Of a stretch of 64,000 bases of DNA, positions 40,025 through 51,329 are shown one piece after another. A program made the translations under genes and the position numbers. The stretch spans positions 9,238,001-9,302,000 of the forward strand of contig NC_135759.1 of NCBI RefSeq assembly GCF_052425735.1, written 5' to 3'. Within the stretch, counting starts at the first letter, position 1; the number at the start of each line of letters is the position of its first letter. The stretch is from Oculina patagonica. Taxonomy: Eukaryota. Under the pieces are notes generated by a model. That model worked only from the letters and a program-made list of their open reading frames with translations, ran no database searches and was not told the DNA's origin.

Positions 40025-43000
40025 CTATTTTCCACACTTTGTTTTTATCCAAATTCGTAGGCGATAGATAGCAAACATCAGGCTTTGAAACAAGGGAAGA
40101 CCAATAAAGAAAAGGCAAAGCTGTGATACCGCGGTGAGAACTGGTCTCCCTGAGTAATCAGTCATCGGATAAATGTAAGGCATCCCAAATGAATTTGTTC
40201 CACCGACCGCCCAGTAAATAAGAGTAAACACGATATAGGCTATGCAGTAAAGCATTGGATAGATGACATGAAACAAGCGAACAGGAACTGAACTAAGCAT
40301 GGTATCGGCAATTATAACTATGGAGTTAACTCCGTGGAAAATAATTGTGTCAGCAGATATTTTGCTATCACTGAAAAGCAACACCCAAAAAGCTAAGGTC
40401 ACTAAATTTGCGGCCACGGAGGCAATGTTATAAATTACCCACAATGCTTCATGAAACCAAGCCATTGTGATAGCCCGTGATGCTTCTGAGTCGTCTGGTA
40501 TGAAGACCACTTCACCATCCTCACGCACATGCCTGGTGCCTAAGTTATAACTGGTTGAGTTCCTATTGGAATCTGTGGTATCGGCAGCCATGTCTTCTGA
40601 AACCGAGTTTCCTTCGTCATCCTTCTTCCGATTTGTTACATTGTTTCCTCGTGCTCGGTGCTTACGTTCTCTCTTGTAGTGGATGGCTGTTACTATGGTA
40701 GCACAAACAAAGTACAGAGCGACAAATAGAAAGCTCCAGTTGCTCAGCCAAATATACCACTTGTCATAAAGAAAGGTTACAATCATCCAGCCACTGCAGA
40801 ATGCCGCAATGATGAAGCGATACAGCAGAACACCTGGCACACCAAACCACTGCAAGATAAAGGTAACCGACTAAATTTAGTTAAAAAAAGACAAGGTCAT
40901 TACGCTATGATATTCATCAAGATATTAATTAAATAATATACATAAAAGATCAGCATTTTAAAGAACCCCAGTTTGAAGGCTTGATAACGCTATCTAATGG
41001 ATGAAAAAATATATATCCAGACAATACGTATTAAGATGGTTTCCGCCCAACATTCGAGCAGTACAGGCAAAAATAAAGTTACCAAAAAGGCCTCTTAGCA
41101 TGGTAACATTTTAAGTACAGCTAACAAAAACCTTCCAAAAATTTAGCACTCAAGCTGACCCCTCGAGAGAAAAATGGATTTGAAATTGTCAATATTTCAG
41201 TTACAAAGGACGTTTCACGCCAGTTCAAAACAAAATGGCGCGCATTTTAAACATTTTTACGAGGTTTGACTTAAATTTTCTCGAGAATGCTTTAGAATTT
41301 ATAAATTACGGGGTCAGTAAGACAAATAAATTTCGATAAGATCTTTTAAATAGTATACAAAATGATGCCGAGTAGATTTTTTGGTACTTAATTTTTGCAC
41401 TCATTGCTCGAACTTTCAGCGGAATCCGTCTTAACAAAATCAGCATACACCCTGTCTACTGAATAGAGATTAATATAAGAACTTATGCAATAACCGAGAT
41501 ACTGCACATGTTATGATTGGTAAAAAAATGCCTGTCATCTTTATGAGGGCGGACGCAAATATGACGTTAAGGCGTCGTGTGACTTGCGCGCGTGATCTAT
41601 GTGGATAGTCCATGTCAATCTTACAAAAAGTTCTTAAAACTTGGGACCAAAACAAAAACACGAGAGACATCTAACTACGCTAAACAAGCTTGAAGCATGA
41701 CTCGAATGAACTAGATATAAAAAACTACATGAAAGTGTTTGTTGAGTAGTTTGGCGACGTCTCGGGAAATCCATGACTAGCGATAGACCACTGAGCTTAA
41801 TTAAAGCTCATTTAGTTGCATAACTTTTTTTTTTTTAATATAGAGTTTTTGCCGTTGACTTTTTCATTTTTCTGGTAAGAAATTCCATTGTTGTTGTGTA
41901 TAAGGACCTAAACACTATCAAGGCAAGATTTGCACAACATAATATAGCATCTCGCCGATATAATAGAAAAAAATAAAAGAAACATCGTAAACAGAAGTGT
42001 AAGATGTTTATTACGTCTCTCCAGATATTTATAAACCGAAAAAACCCCTCACTGTCGAGCCCATCTTTGGAATAAGGATGCCTTTGTGTTTCTTTCTGTG
42101 AAGATATGTTACAAAACATCACTAAAACATAAAGAAATCCACTTTTTTTCTTGTGCGAGCCCTAACTGATATTTAACTTGAAACAATTAGGCTCCCGCAT
42201 AAGGTCATTAAAAGAAAAAAAAAGGCGCCCCCCTGGAGCTTACCGTGAAAAAGCTTTTATGGTCTTACAAACATTCACCGATTGGAAAGAGTAGCGTAAG
42301 AAAAAACGCGTCGGTAAATTTAGAGCTTCATGTACATGCATCTTTGGAATGGGATATATTATAGAGTTTTGCGCGCTTTTCCCAACATTGCTGGTAGTTT
42401 GCAGAGTTTGCCCGGGTACGGCGAACAATCTACGAGGTGGTCTATTCAATAAGTAATCAGTAACGCAACATTTAACACGTTCAGATTGTTTTCTTCATGG
42501 TAGTAATGCCAAGTCACGCGATTTCATTGGAAATAAACGACCTTCTTAGTTAAGTCACCAGGTTGCAAAAATTCAGCATAAACAAAAACGACGAAAACAA
42601 CAACAACAGCAACAAAAACACAATCTAACGAAACTAGCCCTCTTTCACTTATTTAAAGTTGTCAACTTGACACAATGCAAATTCACTTGCGTAACAATGA
42701 ACCCCTAATAATTATTACCGTGCATTGCATTCACGAATTGTTTACACGTGAAACCGGCTTCGCTCGGCTTCCAATTGCAAACTGTTTGGGTGCATCTATC
42801 AACGAAGTGTGTACATATTTTTCTCTGAAAATAATGACATTTTTGACATGTCGACTCTCGGATTAAGGAAAAAAAAAGAATGGAAAGCACAAAACGAAAC
42901 TAGGTCTAATAATCCTAAGGCTCGGGCACAATGTTTACTAGAATCTGCACCGTTTAATGTTACTACATAAAATTGTCGACAGATAGAACACATAGCCATA

Positions 43001-43282
43001 TATTTTACCTGATTTTACATGACCGAACTGAACGATGCCGAAGGAGTCGTCTAAAGCAAACCTTTGCTACAGACACGTTCCTGATCTTAACTACATGTCT
43101 GTCCATGCGAAATTATCTCACAAATATTTTGGCATCCTAGGAAAATTCATTTCATATCTACTCATAATTGTAGTGAATTAAAGAGTAAAACTTACAGGAG
43201 ATTGTGCAAAATCCTCTGCGTTAGGATGTAGCAGACGAAACTGAATCAAACGAAACTCTTCGCGAAGAATATTACAGCACAT
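40025..43282 (-). CDS. protein rolling stone-like, paralog C (303 aa)
   Basis: Exon 1 43196-43282 (MCCNILREEFRLIQFRLLHPNAEDFAQSP) plus exon 2 40025-40849; GT-AG intron, phase 0. Confidence 0.88.
41035..41430. mobile_element. TTAA-targeting MITE with purine termini (Kolobok-like)
   Basis: Imperfect TIR GATGGTTTCCGC / GCGGAATCCGTC, each directly flanked by TTAA. Confidence 0.7.
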
Positions 43283-43918
43283 GTTACAGCAGATTCACTT
43301 TGTTGTAATTCAGCTCAGTTCTTTGTCTGACCTCTATTTGTTAATGCAACTGAATGGATATTGTTAAATATTCAGAGAAGCATGTCCGTCACTTTCGCGG
43401 TGTCACGCACAACAGTAACGTGTAAGTGCCTCGGGGGGCTTCTGTGACAATTTACTGTTCTTCAGTCCACCGCAATGTTTAAAACATCCAAAAAGGTAGC
43501 CCCGATTGTAGAATCCGCTTGCACAAATTTACAATGAGCTAGAATACCCCAGAAAAGTACAGTGTACCTTTAGTCGACTGGGTGACGATAAGTTATGTAA
43601 TTCCTTTGCTTCTAATCACTCTGGTGCGAATGAGCACGTGACCGATAAAACCTACAACGTTTCCAGGAGTATGAGCAACTCAGAGAGAAATTATGCACGT
43701 ACGTAGTAAATGATAAACGACCAAACTCTGTTTACACGTTCTTTTTATATTCAGATAAAACTGCTGAGTTTCTTTAATAGAAGTCAGATAGAATACCTAA
43801 AGTAATTAATAAAACGCGCCCTATGATTGATATTATTGGGTGACCCGTGTGTCTCTAAATCTTGTTGAGGTAATTGAAACGAAAAAAATAAAAAAATGTG
43901 AAAGTGATGCTCAACATA

Positions 43919-44678
43919 GGAGGCGCGGTGGTCAAAGGTTACCGTGCTGTACTCTGGATCGAGCAATCCGGGTTCGAGCCCTGGCCGGGGTTATTGTGTT
44001 GTGTTGTTTGGAAACTGAGACACTTTACTCTCATATAGTACCTCTCTCAACCCAGGTGTATAAATGGATACCGGCGAAAAAATGCTGGGGTAACCGTACA
44101 ATCGATTACAGTGGAACCCCGATATAACGATATGTCAAGGGAGAGTAAAATTATATCGTTATATCGAGGTATCGTTAGAACCCCGGTATATCGATATGGC
44201 CGTGAAATAACCGAAAATTCGTTATATCGGGGTTACAATCAAAGATACTGAAACTTAGAGAACTATAAATGACAAGGAGGATAAAGATGATAAAGTTGAT
44301 AAAGAGGCTAAACACAGTATCATTTCGATATAATTGTACAAAGCTGTTGGCAGAAACATAGAGATACTCGATACTGTAAGTTCATGTTTAAATTCAATGT
44401 TCTGCATTCACAATATCACGGGAAGATTTTACGTTCTGCACTAAATTCTCATCGTTATATCGGGAATCGTATATCGAAGATCGTTTTATCGGTGTTCTCC
44501 CATACTCTTTACTGTCTTGACAGGACACAGAATACTCATCGTTATATCGGGAATATCGTTATATCGGGGTTCCACTGTAGCATCCCATCTCGAATGAAGT
44601 AGAAATACTCCTGATCGCTTAATTCTAAAGAAACCGGGATATGCTTTTGCATTATGGTCTTGACGCAGACTTTACCTT
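43919..44678 (+). mobile_element. tRNA-derived SINE interrupted by a MITE
   Basis: tRNA-like head with B box GGTTCGAGCCC, a central CCCAGGTGTATAAATGG segment and a tail ending GCAGACTTTACC. It is split at a TA by the 44109-44577 element. Confidence 0.75.
44109..44577. mobile_element. Tc1/mariner (Tigger-like) MITE nested in the SINE
   Basis: TIR CAGTGGAACCCCGATATAACGAT with TA TSD. Confidence 0.88.
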
Positions 44679-45024
44679 AGTGTTGCTCAACGTTTTTTTT
44701 ACATGCAGCTTACTTCACAAAGTGTCTTATAAATGGCTAAAAGCATCAGTTTTATCCGCGACCATCGTTTTTTTTTTTTGTGCTTGGTTTTCCTCATGTT
44801 TTGGGTAGGCAGAACTCAACAAACTGCTTATAAAAAATAGTGATTTAAACGAACGGACTATGTTACACAGTGTCGTTTGGGTAAGATAACTTTATTTTTA
44901 GCAACAATGCATTCAGTACACTTTTAGTAGTACAAATATAGAAACAAAGGAAAATATCTACATTTTACTGGTCATGTATAAACAATAACATGGATAACTC
45001 AGCAATAAGGAACAACAATTTTTT

Positions 45025-45165
45025 GGAGGCAGCGTGGATAAATGATTTGGGGCGCTGATCTTGTAATCCTGAGGTCCCGGGGGTTCAACCCTTCTCTTTG
45101 TTACTGGGTAGATTTGTTCTCGGTAGCCCAAGTTCAACTCCTCGAGCACGCTTTGTTAATTGCCC
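45025..45165 (+). mobile_element. tRNA-derived SINE 5' fragment
   Basis: GGAGGCAGCGTGG head, GGTTCAACCC B-box-like motif and a GTTCAACTCCTCG body. Confidence 0.5.
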
Positions 45166-45853
45166 TTGTCTCCTCCTTTGTATTTTTTTTTGCCCCCTCT
45201 GAACTACTTCCATATTATTTTTTTTCTTTTTTTTACAAAAGCAAAGTTCAAAAACATCACAGAATATCAAAGGGCAAACTTGAGAAAGAAACTCCAGCAA
45301 ACTGGTCTGTTTTGAGTTCGATCGATCTGGAAAGTTTGCCAAATCTTTATCAGTGATCTACATTACTATATCTAGACCACAGTGCATCGACGAGATATAG
45401 CCTCTTCAACTATAAACATATATACAAGGCAAGACTACCGTTGATCTATGTTGGACATCCAATTTAGTATACACCTAGTTGAAGAATCGTTGATTCATGA
45501 AAAGCATAAACCATGAACGATGAGACCCAAAGGTTCACTTGGAAATCAGAAAAAAAAAATAATAATCGTAGACCGTGACAGAAAAAAACATGGTAACAAA
45601 AAGGGGTTGCCTAAGTCGTGCTTTGAGGTTCTGAAAGAATAAAAGGAACATTACTAAGCTTACTAAGGCTTCCTACCCATAGTACCAGTGGGTCATATCG
45701 TTCATGGTCTATGCTTTTCACAGGGTCGATGTTCCTTCACTTAGGCATAGTCTGTGACAATTCAACACTCTAACACTACGGTGACCTCTGCAGTTGTACG
45801 ATCTTCATTGAAAACGGCGAACGTAAAAGGACGTTTCTTGTCTAATCACGACA

Positions 45854-47675
45854 CTATTTTACACACTTAATTTTTATCCAAACTCGTAGCTTATAGAATC
45901 CAAACAGCAAACTCTGACACCAGGGAAGGCCAATAAAGAAAAGGCAAAGCTGTGACACAGCGGAGAGAACTGGTCTTCCTGTGTAGTCGGTCTGAGGGTA
46001 AATATATGGCATGCCAGACGAATTTGTGCCACCGACCGCCCAGTAAATCACTGTAAGCGCGATATATGACATGCTGTAGAGCATCGGGTAGATAACATGA
46101 AACAGGCGGACGGGAATGGAAGTGAGCATAGTATCACTGATCATTACTATGGAGTTGACTCCGTGAACAATAACTGACAAAGCGCTTAATTTATTCCTTG
46201 AACTGAAGAGCAGCAACCAGTAAGACAAGGTCACCACAAGGGCTGCTACTCCTGCGATGTTATAAACTACCCACAATGCTTCGTGAAACCAAGTCATTGG
46301 GAAGACCCGTGATGCTTCAGCACCGTCGGTAGCGAAATCAATTTCGTCAGCATCATCATGCACAAGACCATTGCCCACGGTAATCCCTGGCTGGCCTCCA
46401 TCGTCCGAATTTCCACTTGATGCAAAGTTCCTCATGCCATTTTCAGCCTGGTCTCCAACATTGTGCTCACCCTGTTTGCGTTGTTTCCTGTAGTGGATGG
46501 CCGTTGCTATGGTAGCACAAACGAAATACAGAGTGACGAAAGAGAAGCTCCAGTTACTCAGGTAAATCAACCACTTGGGTCCGTTGCGCCTGAAAATAAC
46601 TGCGCTCCAAATGATGGAGGAAAAGCAGAATGTGGCAATGACGAAACGGTAGAGAAGAACAACTGGTACGCCAAACCACTAAAAAAGAAAAGAGAAATCC
46701 AGTCACATTTCGATGTTGCCGAGAACATAGACTCCCTAATCTGATATTCTTTTTCTAGGGTCAAGCTCAAAATCTGCTACGTCCGTTCAGGGTATCAATG
46801 ACAATTATAAACAACATTTCTAGAAACCAATACGTCTGAATTCGAAGATTTAGCTGTAAAGAGATTCGCAATATCGACAGATCATGTAGTGGCGATCACT
46901 GATGTAACATGAACTGGCGCAGTTCACTTGCCACAATGCCCTAAAGATATCCCGGCAGATCTCGAAATCTCTTGCCAAGATTAGCCACTTCACTGTCACA
47001 AAAACTATACACAAAAGCACTGCGCCAGCGACAGTCAAAACAAAAAAGAAAACAGTTGGAAGCCGATTGTTTTTCCTTGTTGTTATTCAACATTACGCAA
47101 TGCAAACTGAACTGCCGTGTTAATAATTCATAGAATATATATCTACACAACAGAGGTATCTGATTACAAACTGCTTTAGTAACTACATAAAATGTGTTAC
47201 AAATATACATCTGGAGGCTTTTTTTTCTGCTTTTTTCTGCTTGGGGTATATGTTTATTGAACTTTAGGATTTCAGATAGGATTTTGGTCTTCATATGACT
47301 ACCACTGAGACTATAACGTAAACATAAGCAGGCTTTGGAAGCGGGCTAATTACAAAACTACTGCCACATTGCTAGCTATTACTTTTCATCAAATCCCAAA
47401 ATATTAAATACAAAATACACCATTAAAAATCGTCGAAGACGAGTGAATTCGATTAGAGATTGTAAGAGATAGATAACTGAACTTATGTTACCTTCTAAGC
47501 GATGGAAGCATATGTTTCCAAAACTAAAATTAAATTTGTAGATTTCTATATTCTATGAAACCCTCTGCTAGTATGAAATATAACTTACAGGAGATTGTGC
47601 AAAATCTGCTGAGTTGGGATACTGCAAACGGAAGTGAATTAAACGAAACTCTTGGCGAAGTACGCTCCAACACAT
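45854..47675 (-). CDS. protein rolling stone-like, paralog D (303 aa)
   Basis: Exon 1 47589-47675 (MCWSVLRQEFRLIHFRLQYPNSADFAQSP) plus exon 2 45854-46678 (after tttttTAG: WFGVPVVLLYRFVIATFC...NGPKWLIYLSNW...KIKCVK*). The frame is open throughout; the ORF track starts late only because no start codon follows the acceptor. Confidence 0.88.
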
Positions 47676-48239
47676 TATCCTCTGAGATTCAGCTTCTATC
47701 GTAATTCTCTCTTTACCTGACCTTTCCTCTGTACAAACAGTGTGACATACAAAGTTGGCGAGAAAGTCACGATGTCACATAATTAGATGAACGTGACAGA
47801 AATCTTTTCTCGGGATTTACCTGGGACTCAAGACTACTCTCTTACAAGAAAAAAAAAAATAATCATGAAATCTAGAGACATCTTCAAGCTAACTCGTAAT
47901 TTCCAAGCATCGCATAGTGTCATCGTAATTAAATAAATGCATCCATGCCCCTCATAGTTGTTTTAAGGAAACGTAACGAACGCCAGTGAGTGTTTGTGTC
48001 GATGGCTATGGCATTCTATGTACCGTTGTTGCTCTTAAAACGTATCGCGTCAAATACCTTTTTGTTAATACTACTCTTTGGTGCCTTCTTATAACTGAAA
48101 TTCACATCGGACAAGGACTTCTCTCTATCTAATGTCGAATATGTCTTTCCTTCGGGGTATTAACCTGCCGTAAGCTCATTTGATAAAACGAATGTCGTCA
48201 TTCTTTTCTTGCACGGAAAATTAAGAAATCACAATTCAA

Positions 48240-48440
48240 CTTGCTCCCAATGTGTTGCTTCATAACTCAGTTAATAGAGCATCGCACCGGTATTGGTGGA
48301 GGTTTAGGGGTCGAATCCTGCTGAAGCCCTGATTTTTTTAAGCTTCTTTCCTTCCAATTTCTTGAATTGCATATTCACTACAATTTTTTTTTCACATCTG
48401 GCCGGAGTTCAAATATAGTTTTTCACATACTTTACGTCAA
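48240..48440 (+). repeat. degenerate tRNA-like repeat monomer
   Basis: TAACTCAGTTAATAGAGC (A-box-like), GGTCGAATCC (B-box-like) and oligo-T. Confidence 0.5.
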
Positions 48441-49021
48441 CGAATAAAATAATGATGTTAGCGCAGACGTCATGTGCTTGAAATGATGCATTTAAATTTA
48501 TGTTGAGTCTGCCCAGTTAGCAAAATTCACGGCCGCCATTTAGTAAATATTTATTCTTTTTCTCGTAAACAAAATGACAAACATGTACATTTTTTTTGCC
48601 GTAAAAACTAACCTTTGCAACAGTTACATTTGCCTCTTACCCTGATTAGTCCGATGCTGAACGAACTCCAAATCTCTAGTTCTGGTCTTGTCTTGCGATT
48701 GGCTAAAACACGCTGGGTGGCCCCAGGTTGAGTTTGGTTTCATTGTAACTCTGAACTGCTTAGAGAGGTACAAAGTTTTCTTGTGACCTAATTAAAAAAT
48801 TCATACAGGCGGCGTTCTTGGGAAAAAGCAATACTTGATGATGTGTTTTCGATCTCCCCGTATTGCAGTACTGATACAAAAATACTAGACTGTAAGCAGT
48901 CCTTTTTCATAGTTCGTCGATAGTCAAGCGAATTAAGAGCGCAAAAGGAAAAATGCCGTGAAAAGTGTGGGGGCGAGATCTTTCCTAGATCTTCCGTGGT
49001 CTTTTTTTCCACTCGCCTTCA

Positions 49022-50479
49022 GATCATGACTAATACACCACACGAGTACTACGAGTAACATACGGGTAACATACGAGTAACACACGAAACATACGGGTAC
49101 ATACAGGTACATACCGTAGAATTCCGGTTATAAGCCCCCCCGCTTATAAGCCCCCCCCGGTTATAGGCCCATCATCCTGGAAACAAAAAAATACATAAGG
49201 TTATAAGCCCCCCCGGATATAAGCCCCCCTCTACCAGATGACAGTACTGAATAGGGCTAAATGTTGCTTTATTATGTGTTTTTAACTTAAAAACGTATTG
49301 TCATCAACACTCCCGTGGCTCGTTTTGAAACGTTTTTTTCATTCCGCTTATAAGCCCTCCCGGATATAAGCCCCTCCGCTTATAAGCCCACCCAAAACCC
49401 CTTACGAAGTTGTATAAGCCCAGGGCTTATAACCGGAATTCTACGGTACGCCCTCTTCCCCTCAAAAAGCTTGCATGACGAGTCCAAAACAAAAGTAAGA
49501 CACAAAACCATTAAACGAGAGTAACACACGGAACATACGGGTAGCATACGGATAAAAACGGGTGCAAACCAGTTCCCATTTCATTAACGAAATGCCAAAA
49601 TCATTCAAAACATAGGAAAAGGGAAGGTATTCATCGCACCAGAATATCTTATTATCAATAACCGTATTTCTCTTGGCTCGTTTTTTTTCTGCACAGAGTC
49701 TCGGGCTCGGATTTTCTAAAATTTTGAAGTCTCGGGCTTGGATTTTAAAACGAGGGTTTCGACGTCTCGGCGAGTCTCGGATTTTGAAGATCACGACATC
49801 CAACGTCAAGGGTGGAAAGACCAGCAAATGATTTCACAACCGTCACGCTTTATTGGCCTTTTTTGACTGTATCTTCTTGAATTTCTTTTTTTTTTTTCGA
49901 TGCAGTTCCGCATCACACAGCTTATTTCAGTTCAATCACGCGTCACCCCAAACCCTTTGCCAACCTCTTTTTATACTTTATCATGGCGTGACAGTGAAAA
50001 CCAGCAATGCTCTTTGTCCCTGGGCCGTCACGCAATTTTGTTTTGAGGGGAGAGGGATGAAAAATCAATATTTTTTAGATTATTATTCGATTATTATACC
50101 CGTATTTACCTGTATGTACCCGTGTTTTTTGTTTTGTTTCCGTGAAGAGTGAAATGAAATGGGAACGAAGCACCCGAATCTGATTATTCATATGTTACGG
50201 GTACGTGAATAAGCGTATCCTATAACATTCAAAATTGACTTTTTTACTAGTAAAATGGTTTTGTTCACTTTTTTGGACTCGTCACGCACGCTTTTTGAAA
50301 TGAAATAGGAACTGGTATGCACCCGTATGTATCCGTATGTCACTCGTATGTATCCGTATGTTACTCGTATGTTACCCGTGTGTACCCGTATGTACCCGTA
50401 TGTTCCGTGTGTTACCGTAGTTACCCGTATGTTTCCCGTATGTTACTCGTAGTACTCGTGTGGTGTATTAGTCATGATC
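49022..50479. mobile_element. foldback/TIR element with long repeated subterminal arms
   Basis: GATCATGACTAATACACCACACGAGTACTACGAGTAACATACGGG at the left end, exact reverse complement at the right end; 11-bp ACATACG(A/G)GTA-type repeats. Confidence 0.8.
49114..49446. mobile_element. TA-targeting MITE (CCGTA termini, pogo-like) nested in the foldback element
   Basis: TIR CCGTAGAATTCCGGTTATAAGCCC with TA TSD and internal TATAAGCCC repeats. Confidence 0.88.
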
Positions 50480-51329
50480 CATTTGTTTTGCTTCTCGATC
50501 GACGTACTGAGAAAAAAACGACCGCTTGTAGCGCTAGCTTAATCTTTACAGGATCGCCAAGTAAATCTGATGAAACAAATAATCATCACTTTTAGGTCTT
50601 ACAAACGCCTATAGTGGCAGTTTAGCGAGAAACATTTCATAGGAAGATTCGCTGACACATGACAGCTTTCTCTTCTCTCGACCGCGACAGCAGAGACTGC
50701 GTGACAAAAGAAATAGTTCTGCGAACCAGTTGTATGTCACGTTTCTTACCGTACGGTAACTAGTCATGTACCAGATTAAAATACCTTCTGGACAGAATTT
50801 CTTCGGATTCCAAAGCTCGTTATTGTTCAAACGATACGCAATGTGAAATGTTAAACCAAGAAAAAAGTCAATAAATACCAAGACTTAAACTGAGTTTCTA
50901 CCATTAACAAGAAAAACAGTTGGCTCCCGCCACAATAATTGACTCTTACAGGTGGAAAATCTCCTACTGATTTTGTGTAAAGAGACAACTTCCGCTTTAT
51001 TCGAATACATTTTCCTTGTGTCATCTATATGCGAAGTTAAGTTTTTGTTTTGTTTTTGCACTCAGTTTATCATTTTGTTGCCTCACTTTTCAATTTGGGT
51101 CATGCAAAGGATCGTTGTTAAATCGGAACAAAAACTCGATTGAAGAGCACACTGGTACTAGCATGACCATGAATAAAGGCCTCGATCCCGTATTCATTTG
51201 ATAATTCTGACGAAACTATATTTTGAACACTGTGCCGTGAATACTTATTCGCCATTCTCTCACCTGAAGGGACACTACTTCTATTTGGACGCCGCGGTAT
51301 ATCATAGAATACTATTGCCGTGGTAGGCA

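Larger units (their letters stand above)
10016..40563. repeat. ~15 kb head-to-tail segmental duplication (unit 1 10016-25088; unit 2 25089-40563)
   Basis: Sequence starting aaataatgctgtttctgctgactcagcc occurs at 10016 and 25089. Sequence ending ctggttgagttcc occurs at 25088 and 40563. The units are collinear apart from discrete insertions. Confidence 0.93.

Noticed and set aside
15169-46678. Exon 2 is exactly 825 nt in B, B', C and D despite different internal indels
   Set aside because: Paralog A is 849 nt and the indels fall in different loops; most likely coincidence.
46567-46770. Apparent frameshift or split in paralog D suggested by two adjacent ORFs
   Set aside because: Manual translation from the acceptor at 46678 is in frame with 45854-46570 and has no stop.
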